Source: a candidate division WOR-3 bacterium (GTDB lineage Bacteria; Hydrothermota; UBA3072; B12-G15). Taken from it: a stretch of DNA of 49,616 nucleotides. Every line of letters starts with the position of its first letter. The first letter of the stretch is position 1. A model generated the notes under the pieces. The model did no database searches, had not been told where the DNA came from, and saw only the letters and a program-made list of their open reading frames with translations. Position numbers and translations under genes: made by a program. Where the stretch lies: assembly GCA_965649055.1 (NCBI GenBank), contig CBFGJG010000011.1:1-49616 (forward strand), read 5' to 3'. This document shows positions 1-9,606 of this stretch, one piece after another.

Positions 1-18
1 TTGATAGGGGAATAGTAA

Positions 19-744
19 ATGGAAGAAAAAGATAGAAACAATAAGAAAAAAACAGAAAAGCACTATTTAGGACACAGAAAAAGATTAAGAGAAAGATTTA
101 ATTTTATTGGTTCGCATAGTCTTCAGGAATATGAAATAGTTGAATTACTCTTAACATATGTGTTACCACAGAAAGATGTAAAGCCAATTGCAAAGGAACT
201 TCTAAATAAATTTGGCTCAATTAAAGGTATTTTTGATGCTTCTGATGAGGAACTTCATTCTATACCTTTTATTAAACAAAAATTTACAACCCTAATAAAA
301 CTAATAAAAGAGACTAATACTATATACAGAAAGCAAAAGGCGATTGAAAAACCATTTTCTGAAAGTTTTGAAGAAATTGCCAAATATTGTATTGAAAAAA
401 TTGGAGATAAAAAAGAAGAAGAATTCCATGTAATATATCTGGATAGTAGCGCAAAAATTCTACAAGACAACTTTTTCCCAGCGAAGGAATTTTACTTTTC
501 AGGAACCATAGATAAAACAGTTGTTTATCCAAGAAAAATAATTGAAGAAGGTATAAAACACAATGCGTACGGAATTATTATTGTGCACAACCATCCTAAT
601 GGTAAATTAGAACCATCAGAATATGATAAAAACCTAACAAAAGCCATTGATATAGCTCTTAAGTCTATTGGTATGATCCTTTTCGACCATCTTATTGTAA
701 CTTCAACCGGTTATTTAAGTTTCAAAAAGGAAAAATTAATATGA
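19..744 (+). CDS. radC: RadC-family JAB/MPN domain protein
   Basis: N-terminal GHRKRLRERF and ELLLTY motifs, an HhH-like region, GTIDKTVVYPR, and the JAB motif HNHPNG..PSEYD followed by DHLIV. Confidence 0.93.
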   Translation: MEEKDRNNKKKTEKHYLGHRKRLRERFNFIGSHSLQEYEIVELLLTYVLPQKDVKPIAKELLNKFGSIKGIFDASDEELHSIPFIKQKFTTLIKLIKETNTIYRKQKAIEKPFSESFEEIAKYCIEKIGDKKEEEFHVIYLDSSAKILQDNFFPAKEFYFSGTIDKTVVYPRKIIEEGIKHNAYGIIIVHNHPNGKLEPSEYDKNLTKAIDIALKSIGMILFDHLIVTSTGYLSFKKEKLI

Positions 745-3572
745 ATATTATTGAAAAAATAAAAGAAGTTATTCCGACTTTGAACGATGACCAGTTAGAT
801 GCCATAACATCTATCGAAGGACCTGTTTTAATTATTGCAGGTCCAGGAACTGGTAAGACTCTTACTATTGTTGCAAGAACACTTTATCTTCTGGTTACTA
901 ATAAGGCACAACCTGATGAAATTGTTCTTACTACATTCACAGAGAAAGCAGCTTTTGAATTAAGGGATAGGGTTAGTAATTTAGCAAGTAAGATTGGTTA
1001 TAAAAATAATCTACATCAATTAAAAGTTGGAACAATTCATAGTTTATGCAATGATTTCATAAATAAGTTTCTAAATTATACACCACTTAAAAAAGGGTAT
1101 GCGGTTCTTGATGAATTAACACAACTATTTTTTATTTATGAAAATTTTGATGAAATAACTACCCAAATTAATGGAATGTTTTTGGGAAAGTGGAAAAGAA
1201 AATGGGATACTATAGATAATATTTGCAGTTTTTTTAATAAAATAACAGAAGAGATGATAGAATTAGACCTTTTATCTTCAAGTTCTGATGATTTTCTCAA
1301 ATTGCTCTCTTATTCTTACAAAAAATATCAGAATAAACTATTTGAGAAAAACAAAGTGGACTTTTCACATCTACAAAAGATTTTCTTTGACCTTTTACAA
1401 AATCCTGAACTTTATTCGAAGATTAAACAGAAGATAAAATATATAATGGTTGATGAGTATCAAGATACAAACTATATACAGGAACAAATACTTTTAACCC
1501 TGGCGAGTCCTGAAAACAATATTTGTGTTGTAGGTGATGAAGACCAGGCTCTTTATAGGTTCAGAGGCGCAACTGTTAGGAACATACTTGAATTTCCAAA
1601 AAATTTTAGGAATTGTAAACAGATAAAGTTAACAACAAACTACAGAAGTCACAAAGATATAATTGAAAGATACAACAAGTTTATAACTTCAATTAACTGG
1701 AATGGATTTCGTTATCAAAAAGAGATAAAACCAAATCCTGAAGAAAAGTTTCCTGATTATCCAACAGTTTTTTTAATTTGGGGCGAGAATAAAAAGGATG
1801 AAGCGGAAAGATTTGTTATGTTATTAAAATTCTTAAAAGAGAATAAAATAATTCAGGATTGGTCCGATATTGCATTACTCCTTAAAAGTGTAAGACCAGA
1901 ACATAGCAGTCATTATATAGAAGCATTGAATAAAAACAATATTCCATATTTTGCTCCAAGAGCCAAGAGATTTTTCGATAATGACGAAATAAAATTACTC
2001 TCAGCATGTTATGTGATAATTTTGGGATTTTATGAAAATTTAAATGATTATCCTAATAAAGAATATATTGAAGATGCAATAGCACTTCTTGGTAGTGTAA
2101 TAATCAAATATCCTTCATTAAAGGATTATCTTCAAAGAAAGAGAAGACAAATAGAAAATCTTAAAAAGGGCTCTCTTGATTTGACTATTCTTGATTATTT
2201 TTACCAGCTACTTGCCTATGAACCATTTTCATCATTCTTGAGAAACAGAAATAATGCCTACAGTCTTTCTATTTTTTCAAATCTCATAAAAGTATTCCAA
2301 GATTATTACAATATTTCGCTTGTTACTTCAATTAACAAAGAATACATAAAATTTTATCTTTTTGGGAGTTTCTTTAATTTTCTTCTTGAAATTGGTGTTG
2401 ATGAATATGAAGACCCGGATAATCCTATTCCAAAAGGCTTTGTTCAGATTATGACAATTCACCAATCAAAAGGTTTAGAATTCCCTGTTGTTATTGTTGG
2501 TTCTATTGATAAAAGGTTTCATGTTCAAAAAGATGTTGACAAATATCTTTTACCATTTTCAAAAAGAGGAACTTTTGAAACGGAAAAACAGATGACTGAA
2601 TTTGATAGATTAAGACACTACTATGTGGCATTTTCAAGGGCTCAAAAAATTCTTGTTCTAACCACTCCTGATATTCCACAGGATTGGTTTTCACCAATAC
2701 TTGATGGCCTTGCCCAGTATCCATATATTGAAAGTGAAAAATTGAAAGCACAAAGGTTTTCTTCCAAACCGCTTTTTGTTCCTAAAAAATCATACTCTCT
2801 TTCACAAGTTAATGTTTATGAAAACTGTCCACAACAGTACTTATTTTACAAAGAATATCAATTCCAACCTTCCCGTTCTTCACAAATCTTTTTCGGTTCA
2901 CTTGTCCATAATACAATTGAAGATATACATCGAGCAGTCCTTGACGGAAGAAAAAATATAACTACTCAGGAAATTGAAGAATTGCTTGAAAAAAATTTTA
3001 AGGCACTAATTCTTGCTGGATTAAGACCTATTGACATAACACGAAAGGAATCTGCTCTAAAACATGTGTTAAACTACTTTAGGCAAAACAAAGATTTTTT
3101 AGAAAAAATCAAAGAAACAGAAGTAGATGTATCAGTTGAAAAAGAAGATTATATTATTTCCGGAAAGATAGACTTGCTATTAGGTGATGAGGGAAAACTC
3201 GAAATCCTTGATTTTAAGACACAGCAGAAACCATCTTACAATGATCCAATTATTGACAATTATTACAAGCAGCTCAATCTTTATGCTTACATAATTAAGG
3301 AAAGATACGAAAAACCAGTTGGAAAAATGTATATCTACTGGACTTCCGAAGAGAAAAGAAAGGATGCTTTGATGGAGTTAAGATATTCAGAAGAAGAAGT
3401 AGAAAAAGCAGGTTTGTATTTTGACGAAGTTGTTAAAAAAATACAAAAAGAAAATTTTAATGTTGAAAAACAACCTGATACAGAAAAAATATGTAAAGAG
3501 TGTGATTTTAGGTTTTATTGTTCACAAAATGGAATAATTAAATTTAAAACAAAAGAATTAGAGGAGGAATAA
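741..3572 (+). CDS. UvrD/REP (SF1A) DNA helicase fused to a C-terminal RecB-like PD-(D/E)XK nuclease
   Basis: AGPGTGKT, TFTEKAA, VDEYQD, VGDEDQALYRFRGA, NYRS, TIHQSKGLEF, YVAFSRA. C-terminal GKIDLL..ILDFKT..QLNLY, with CPQQY and CKECDFRFYC cysteines (AddB/Cas4-like Fe-S staple). ATGA overlap with radC. Confidence 0.92.
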   Translation: MNIIEKIKEVIPTLNDDQLDAITSIEGPVLIIAGPGTGKTLTIVARTLYLLVTNKAQPDEIVLTTFTEKAAFELRDRVSNLASKIGYKNNLHQLKVGTIHSLCNDFINKFLNYTPLKKGYAVLDELTQLFFIYENFDEITTQINGMFLGKWKRKWDTIDNICSFFNKITEEMIELDLLSSSSDDFLKLLSYSYKKYQNKLFEKNKVDFSHLQKIFFDLLQNPELYSKIKQKIKYIMVDEYQDTNYIQEQILLTLASPENNICVVGDEDQALYRFRGATVRNILEFPKNFRNCKQIKLTTNYRSHKDIIERYNKFITSINWNGFRYQKEIKPNPEEKFPDYPTVFLIWGENKKDEAERFVMLLKFLKENKIIQDWSDIALLLKSVRPEHSSHYIEALNKNNIPYFAPRAKRFFDNDEIKLLSACYVIILGFYENLNDYPNKEYIEDAIALLGSVIIKYPSLKDYLQRKRRQIENLKKGSLDLTILDYFYQLLAYEPFSSFLRNRNNAYSLSIFSNLIKVFQDYYNISLVTSINKEYIKFYLFGSFFNFLLEIGVDEYEDPDNPIPKGFVQIMTIHQSKGLEFPVVIVGSIDKRFHVQKDVDKYLLPFSKRGTFETEKQMTEFDRLRHYYVAFSRAQKILVLTTPDIPQDWFSPILDGLAQYPYIESEKLKAQRFSSKPLFVPKKSYSLSQVNVYENCPQQYLFYKEYQFQPSRSSQIFFGSLVHNTIEDIHRAVLDGRKNITTQEIEELLEKNFKALILAGLRPIDITRKESALKHVLNYFRQNKDFLEKIKETEVDVSVEKEDYIISGKIDLLLGDEGKLEILDFKTQQKPSYNDPIIDNYYKQLNLYAYIIKERYEKPVGKMYIYWTSEEKRKDALMELRYSEEEVEKAGLYFDEVVKKIQKENFNVEKQPDTEKICKECDFRFYCSQNGIIKFKTKELEEE

Positions 3573-3574
3573 AT

Positions 3575-5494
3575 ATGCCAAAGATTGATGTAAAAAAAAC
3601 AGAACTTGTATGGTTGGGAAAATATGACGAAAAAGGTAAACTTAACCCTGTTGAAAAACCGGGTCCTTATCCATTTCAGATTGTCGAAGTTATAAACAAA
3701 CCAAGGACAGGGAAAGAACAACCACAAACCTTGTCATTATTTGATTATTATACAGGTAAAGAAGGAAATAGTTTTGAAGAAGGCTGGAGAAACAAACTAA
3801 TCTGGGGTGATAACAAACTTATAATGTCTTCCCTACTTGAAAAATTTGCGGGAAAAATAAATCTCATTTACATTGACCCACCTTTTGCAACAGGAGCTGA
3901 TTTTAAATTCAAAATTCAAATTGGAGAAGAAGCACAAGAAATTACAAAAGAACATTCAATAATTGAAGAAAAGGCATACAGAGACACCTGGGGTATAGGC
4001 CTTGATTCCTATCTTCAAATGATGTATGAAAGGCTTGTATTAATGAAGGAACTTCTTGCTGAAAACGGCTCTATTTATGTACATTGTGATGACAGAGTAG
4101 GCCATTATCTAAAAATAATAATGGATGAAATATTTGGATATGAGAATTTCTTAAATCAAATTATATGGAAGTATACAAGGAGACTTGGTGCGGAGAAAAA
4201 ATATCCTTCTAAATATGATATTATTTTATTTTATCGTAAATCAGAAAATGTTCTTATAAATCCTATATTTAAAAGATTCAACGAGTTAAGTTCGGATGAA
4301 AAAGACAAGATTCTTCGCTGGTACAAAGAGAAAGATGAAAAAGGATTATATCAAGTGGTTAGAACATTTACCGCAGAAATTAGAAAGATTTATTTAGACA
4401 AAGAAAAGGCACTTCAAATAGATGATGTATGGAGTGGGCTTGAGTTAGAACCACCAAATATTTTTGGACCCGCAAGAACCGAATGGCTAAATTTTCAAAC
4501 CCAAAAACCCGAAGCCTTGTTGAAGCGTATAATCCTTGCTTCTTCTAATCCTGGTGACCTTGTTGCTGACTTCTTCTGTGGTTCAGGAACTACTTTAGCA
4601 GTTGCAGAAAAACTTGGAAGGCGATGGATTGGTTGCGATTTGTCCCGTTATGCTATTCACATCACAAGGAAGCGTCTTCTTGAGATTGAAAACTCAAAAG
4701 ACCTTGAAAATGAAGGGCAAAAATACGGCAAAAAAGCAAAACCCTTTGAAATCTTAAATCTCGGTAAATACGAACGTCAATTATGGCAGGTTAAAACGTT
4801 TACAGGTAAAGATGAAAAGCAGGCACTTTTTGAATACCTTGCCTTTATCTTAAAACTCTATGGTGCTGAGCCCATTTCAGGCTTTACTCACATCCATGGC
4901 AAAAAATCAAATGCCCTTGTTTATGTAGGTGCAGTTGACTCTCCTGTTACGATTCAGGAAGTTACTGATGCAATAAAAGAATGCAAGGCACAAGGACAAA
5001 AGGAACTCCATATACTTGGCTGGGAATGGGAAATGGGACTAAATGATGCAATTGAAGAAATTGCGAAAAACGAAGGGATTAAATTAAAATTGAGAATCAT
5101 TCCTATGGATGTATTAGACGAAGAAGCTGTAAAACGTAAAGATATCCAATTTTTTGAACTTGCACATTTTAAGATTGAAATAAAGACTAAAGGAAAGAAA
5201 GTTGAAGTTGATTTGAATGACTTTGTTATCCCACATACTGACCTAATTCCAGAAGAAGTAAGAGGAAAAATCAAAAAATGGACAGACTGGATTGACTACT
5301 GGGCAGTTGATTTTGATTTTAAGAACGACACTTTCAATAACGGTTGGACTTCTTACAGAACAAAAAAAGAAAGAACCTTGAATCTAAAAGCTACTCACAC
5401 TTATGAAAAATCTGGAAAATATAAAATCTTTGTTAAAGTGATTGACATTTTTGGTATAGATACATCACAAATTTTTGATGTGGAGGTAAAGTAA
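3575..5494 (+). CDS. mod: Type III-like R-M DNA methyltransferase (beta-class N6/N4 MTase) with a long C-terminal extension
   Basis: IYIDPPF catalytic motif precedes the DFFCGSGTT SAM-binding motif. TQKPEALL. Co-operonic with res. Confidence 0.9.
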   Translation: MPKIDVKKTELVWLGKYDEKGKLNPVEKPGPYPFQIVEVINKPRTGKEQPQTLSLFDYYTGKEGNSFEEGWRNKLIWGDNKLIMSSLLEKFAGKINLIYIDPPFATGADFKFKIQIGEEAQEITKEHSIIEEKAYRDTWGIGLDSYLQMMYERLVLMKELLAENGSIYVHCDDRVGHYLKIIMDEIFGYENFLNQIIWKYTRRLGAEKKYPSKYDIILFYRKSENVLINPIFKRFNELSSDEKDKILRWYKEKDEKGLYQVVRTFTAEIRKIYLDKEKALQIDDVWSGLELEPPNIFGPARTEWLNFQTQKPEALLKRIILASSNPGDLVADFFCGSGTTLAVAEKLGRRWIGCDLSRYAIHITRKRLLEIENSKDLENEGQKYGKKAKPFEILNLGKYERQLWQVKTFTGKDEKQALFEYLAFILKLYGAEPISGFTHIHGKKSNALVYVGAVDSPVTIQEVTDAIKECKAQGQKELHILGWEWEMGLNDAIEEIAKNEGIKLKLRIIPMDVLDEEAVKRKDIQFFELAHFKIEIKTKGKKVEVDLNDFVIPHTDLIPEEVRGKIKKWTDWIDYWAVDFDFKNDTFNNGWTSYRTKKERTLNLKATHTYEKSGKYKIFVKVIDIFGIDTSQIFDVEVK

Positions 5495-5496
5495 TT

Positions 5497-6777
5497 ATGG
5501 ATAAATCATCAAAAAAATTTGACATTCCCTGTTTTATTATGATTTGCACTGATAAAACAGAACAAGAATGTTTGTATAAAGGACTATTTGGAGATCTAGA
5601 GTCGAGGATGCAGTATTTAACAACAATAAAAGAAGGTGATATAGGTTTTCTATTAAATTTATCAAAAGATGAGCTTTTGGGAATATTTTTAGCTGAAAGT
5701 AAAGCCAAACTTAATATTGATGAAAAGGCATGGGGTGGAAAATTTCCAGCACAAATTAAAGTTAAACCTATTGGAAATATTCAAAGAATTCCAGGAGCTA
5801 CAAGTAAATTAGAAGAAATTATAAAAATGTCACCTATCAGAAGCGGTAAAAGAGCCCCTGCCCAAAATGCTTATGGACCAGATATTACTAATAAAATTCT
5901 CTCATTTTTTAATATACCTGATAATTTAGAAGAAAATAAAGAACCTGAGATTGGAACAATTTCTGAGTATACATTAGATGATGACGTTGCAGGTTTAAAT
6001 GAAATTAAAGAATTTGTAAAAAGCAGAATCATTGCACCTTTTGAGGATATAGAATTAGCTTATACTTTAAAGCTCAAAATAGGAGGTGGAATATTACTTG
6101 TTGGACCACCCGGGACTGGGAAAACACTTATAGCAATGGCAGTTGCAAAAAGTATTGATGCAAAGTTTATAGAGGTTAGTCCTTCTGTAATTATGGGTTA
6201 TCCAGGTGAGGCAGAAAAAAGAATAGAGAATATTTTTTCTGCCTTGGAAAAAGAACCAAGAGCAGTTGTATTTCTTGATGAAGCTGAATGGATTTTAAAT
6301 AAGAGAATGGATCAGACTTCAACTGTGATGCAAAGAATTACACCTGTTCTTTTATCTCAGTTAAGCAGAATTTTTAAAGAAAAAACAAGACCTATAATTT
6401 TTATTGCTGCTACAAATAAACCCGAAAAGATAGATTCAGCTTTTCTTCGTCCTGGAAGATTTGACCGAATTTTTTATGTTGGGCTACCAGATGAAGAAGC
6501 AAGAGCAGCAATGATTAAAATGAAGCTTAGAGGAAGAAATAACGAAATTACCGATGAAGATATTAATGAATTATCATTAAAATTAGCTGGTTATTCAGGT
6601 GCAGACATTGAATATATAATTGAAGAGGCTGCTTATCTTGCTTTTAAAAGAAAAGGTAATATAATTAAGAATGATATTTTAGAATCTATTGAAAGAACTA
6701 CTCCTTCAGTGCAATCCGATGAAGTTAAAAATATTGAAGATTGGTTTAAAAGCCGAGGTTTAAAATATAATGGATAA
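5497..6777 (+). CDS. N-terminal DCD-like (PUA/EVE-related) domain fused to a classical-clade AAA+ ATPase (CDC48/Vps4-like)
   Basis: [35 protein letters not shown] (second region of homology), GYSGADI lid. The N-terminal ~100 aa (IMIC..T..ECL..GLFG..IKEGD..FL.N....L.GIF.A....NID..AW..KFPAQI) resembles the DCD pattern as I recall it. Confidence 0.85.
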   Translation: MDKSSKKFDIPCFIMICTDKTEQECLYKGLFGDLESRMQYLTTIKEGDIGFLLNLSKDELLGIFLAESKAKLNIDEKAWGGKFPAQIKVKPIGNIQRIPGATSKLEEIIKMSPIRSGKRAPAQNAYGPDITNKILSFFNIPDNLEENKEPEIGTISEYTLDDDVAGLNEIKEFVKSRIIAPFEDIELAYTLKLKIGGGILLVGPPGTGKTLIAMAVAKSIDAKFIEVSPSVIMGYPGEAEKRIENIFSALEKEPRAVVFLDEAEWILNKRMDQTSTVMQRITPVLLSQLSRIFKEKTRPIIFIAATNKPEKIDSAFLRPGRFDRIFYVGLPDEEARAAMIKMKLRGRNNEITDEDINELSLKLAGYSGADIEYIIEEAAYLAFKRKGNIIKNDILESIERTTPSVQSDEVKNIEDWFKSRGLKYNG

Positions 6778-6794
6778 AAAAAGGAGAAATTATT

Positions 6795-9515
6795 ATGAGT
6801 AATCCACCAAAAACCTGGGTTCAATACGATAAAACCCTGCCCTACATAGAAGACAGGGACCCTTCGAAGAAACCAGTTGCTCACCTTGTAAAAGAAGGAA
6901 CAAATTCTTATAAAGTCGTTGAGGGAAGAAGACCAAGTAAAATGCTTCTTGTAAACAAATTAAGAGAAGATGTTGATAATTGGAGAGACAACGATTATCC
7001 AGGAATAACAAACACCACGAGGGAACTTTTATATTTCTGGTTTTTTAATGATCATAAATTAAACGGTGAGTTGTTTAGATACTGGTTCTGCCAGCGGGAA
7101 GCAGTTGAAACACTGATTTACCTTTTTGAAGTAAAAAAATATGACGATTTAAAACCTGTAATTGAAAACTATTCTGAGAATTTTAGAAAAGATTTATTTA
7201 AAAATGCAGTAGAAATAGTGGAAGACACGCAAGGGAATAGAAAACTTATCCGCTATTTTCCCGAACTACAACAGGAAGGTGAACAAGACCTACCTGAAAG
7301 GGGATTATTAAGATATGCCTTCAAAATGGCAACCGGGTCAGGAAAAACTTATGCAATGGCTTTGCTTATCGTCTGGTCTTATTTCAACAGATTAAAAGAA
7401 AAAGATAAGCGATACCCTGACAATTTCCTAATAATTGCACCAAACGTAATTGTTTATGAAAGGCTTGCTAAGGATTTTGCTAATAATAAAATATTTTATA
7501 CTATTCCTTTAATTCCACCTTCTTGGAGAATACACTGGAACATTAAAGTTACCTTAAGGGATGATGATTCACCATTAAATCCTTCTGGAAACTTAATAGT
7601 TAACAATATACAACAATTGTATGAGTCAAGAAGACAAAAATTTGTTGCCAAAAATATAGTTGATGATATTCTTGGAAGAATTCCACAGAAAGACTTGACG
7701 AAATCCCCTGAAATCCTGATTGATAAATTAAGGAATCTTGATAATATGATGGTTATAAATGATGAGGCGCATCATGTTCATGAAGAAGAATTGAAGTGGC
7801 ACCAGACATTAATGGGAATTCACAATTCATTACCTAACGGCATAAATCTATGGCTTGACTTTTCCGCGACCCCAAAAACACAAACGGGAACCTACTATCC
7901 CTGGATAATTGTTGATTATCCTCTGGCACAGGCAGTGGAAGACAGAATTGTAAAGGCACCTTTAATTGTTCATCGTATTGATAAAAAAGATCCAGAAAAT
8001 GTAAATAAAAATAATGTTATTCAAAAATATGGTGACTGGATAACCGCTGCAATTCAGAGATGGCAAGAGCACTATAAAACATATTCTTCTGTTGGTAAAA
8101 AGCCTGTTTTGTTCATAATGGCAGAAAAAAATGAGTATGCTGATAAGATTGCAGAAACGATAAGAAAAAGAAAAGACCTTGGATTAAAAAATCCTGAAGA
8201 AGAAGTAATGGTAATCCACGTTAAATCAAAGGAAGGAGAATCTGCTGAAACTGAAATAAAAATTAAAGAAAATGACCTTCCGGTTTTAAGAAAACTTGCT
8301 CGTGAAATCGATGAGCCGGAAAACAAAGTAAAGATTATTGTAAGTAATATGATGTTAAGGGAAGGCTGGGATGTTCAAAATGTAACAGTGATACTTGGTT
8401 TGAGGCCTTTCACTTCAAAAGCACAAATTTTACCAGAACAAGCTGTAGGAAGAGGTTTAAGGTTAATGAGCAAAATTAGCCCCGACCATACACAAACTCT
8501 TGAAGTAATGGGCACTGAAGCATTCGAAGAATTTGTAAAAGAACTTGAAAAAGAAGGTGTTGGCATCAATACAGTAAGGACTTTTCCGCCTAAATCTATT
8601 AAGATTACAGCAGAAAAGGATAGACTTAAATATGATATAGAAATACCATGTGCAGAACCAAGATGGATAAGACAATATAAAAAAATTGAAGAGTTAGACC
8701 CTTTAAAATTACCTTCGCTCTATACTTCAGATAAACTTAACCAAGAAAGAAAGATTTTGTTACAAATGGAATTCCCAGTTACAGAAACAGAGATTCATAA
8801 AGCAGCAATTGAAGTAAGTATCTTACCCACGGGAAGAGAAATTATATCATATATTACAAATGAAATTCGAAAAAGGGCAAGGATTTTATGCGATTTTAAT
8901 CTTCTTTATCCAATAGTAGAGAAATATATCCTCAAAAGATGCTTCGAAAAAGAATTAAATGATATTGAAGATGAAATTTTAAGAAAAAATTTGGATGATA
9001 TCTCTGTTCGAGATGCAATAATTGACATACTTGCAAAAGAAATAGGAAAAATTTCCGCTGAAGAAAAAGAGCTTATAATAAAAACCGGTTCGATAAAGTT
9101 ATCTGATTTTGAGCCATTTCTTTGGCGTAGAAAACATCTAAGATGTAAAAAGACAGTTTTTAACTTTGTTGCAGTCTACAACGATTTTGAGGCTGAATTT
9201 GCAGAATTTCTTGATAAATCTCCTGATATTGACCGCTTTGCGGCTTTTGCAGATAAATTTTCTATTGACTACCTTAGCTCAAGAGGAGCAATAAGGCTAT
9301 ACTATCCTGATTTTGTGGCAGTTCAAAAAATTAAGAATAAAGAATTTTTTTACATAATTGAGACAAAAGGTAGAGAATATGAAGACACAGACAAAAAGGA
9401 CCAAACAATTAAAAAATGGTGTGAAGATGTAAGTAAACAGACTAAAAATCAGTGGAAATATTTAAAGGTTTCCCAACAATTTTTAAAGGCTTTAAAGGGA
9501 CCTTTACCGATTTGA
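6795..9515 (+). CDS. res: Type III restriction endonuclease Res subunit (SF2 helicase plus PD-(D/E)XK nuclease)
   Basis: KMATGSGKT, NDEAHH, DFSATP, LREGWDV, EQAVGRGLR. C-terminal YYPDFV..IIETKG. AGGAG Shine-Dalgarno upstream. Confidence 0.9.
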   Translation: MSNPPKTWVQYDKTLPYIEDRDPSKKPVAHLVKEGTNSYKVVEGRRPSKMLLVNKLREDVDNWRDNDYPGITNTTRELLYFWFFNDHKLNGELFRYWFCQREAVETLIYLFEVKKYDDLKPVIENYSENFRKDLFKNAVEIVEDTQGNRKLIRYFPELQQEGEQDLPERGLLRYAFKMATGSGKTYAMALLIVWSYFNRLKEKDKRYPDNFLIIAPNVIVYERLAKDFANNKIFYTIPLIPPSWRIHWNIKVTLRDDDSPLNPSGNLIVNNIQQLYESRRQKFVAKNIVDDILGRIPQKDLTKSPEILIDKLRNLDNMMVINDEAHHVHEEELKWHQTLMGIHNSLPNGINLWLDFSATPKTQTGTYYPWIIVDYPLAQAVEDRIVKAPLIVHRIDKKDPENVNKNNVIQKYGDWITAAIQRWQEHYKTYSSVGKKPVLFIMAEKNEYADKIAETIRKRKDLGLKNPEEEVMVIHVKSKEGESAETEIKIKENDLPVLRKLAREIDEPENKVKIIVSNMMLREGWDVQNVTVILGLRPFTSKAQILPEQAVGRGLRLMSKISPDHTQTLEVMGTEAFEEFVKELEKEGVGINTVRTFPPKSIKITAEKDRLKYDIEIPCAEPRWIRQYKKIEELDPLKLPSLYTSDKLNQERKILLQMEFPVTETEIHKAAIEVSILPTGREIISYITNEIRKRARILCDFNLLYPIVEKYILKRCFEKELNDIEDEILRKNLDDISVRDAIIDILAKEIGKISAEEKELIIKTGSIKLSDFEPFLWRRKHLRCKKTVFNFVAVYNDFEAEFAEFLDKSPDIDRFAAFADKFSIDYLSSRGAIRLYYPDFVAVQKIKNKEFFYIIETKGREYEDTDKKDQTIKKWCEDVSKQTKNQWKYLKVSQQFLKALKGPLPI

Positions 9516-9528
9516 CCAAATCAAAACC

Positions 9529-9556
9529 GGTGTCAGGTCTTGACATTTGACATTTT
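9529..9556 (+). repeat. End motif A, copy 1 (GGTGTCAGGTCTTGACATTTGACATTTT)
   Basis: Near-identical copies at 10039(+), 10193-10217(-), 33279-33308(-) and 37607(+). Confidence 0.9.
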
Positions 9557-9564
9557 TCAAAATC

Positions 9565-9596
9565 GGGGTCAGTCATAAACTTTCAACTTTTCTTGT
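9565..9596 (+). repeat. End motif B, copy 1 (GGGGTCAGTCATAAACTTTCAACTTTTCTTGT)
   Basis: 22-bp exact reverse-complement match (9575-9596) to 41084-41105, which is also flanked by GGTCA. Confidence 0.85.
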
Positions 9597-9606
9597 AGAA
9601 AAGAAC

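Noticed and set aside
2790..3572. Stand-alone cas4
   Set aside because: The Cys-stapled nuclease is fused to UvrD and there is no CRISPR context.
3592..3599. A8 tract near the mod start as a phase-variation switch
   Set aside because: The ORF is intact, and A/T runs of this length are common in this AT-rich window.
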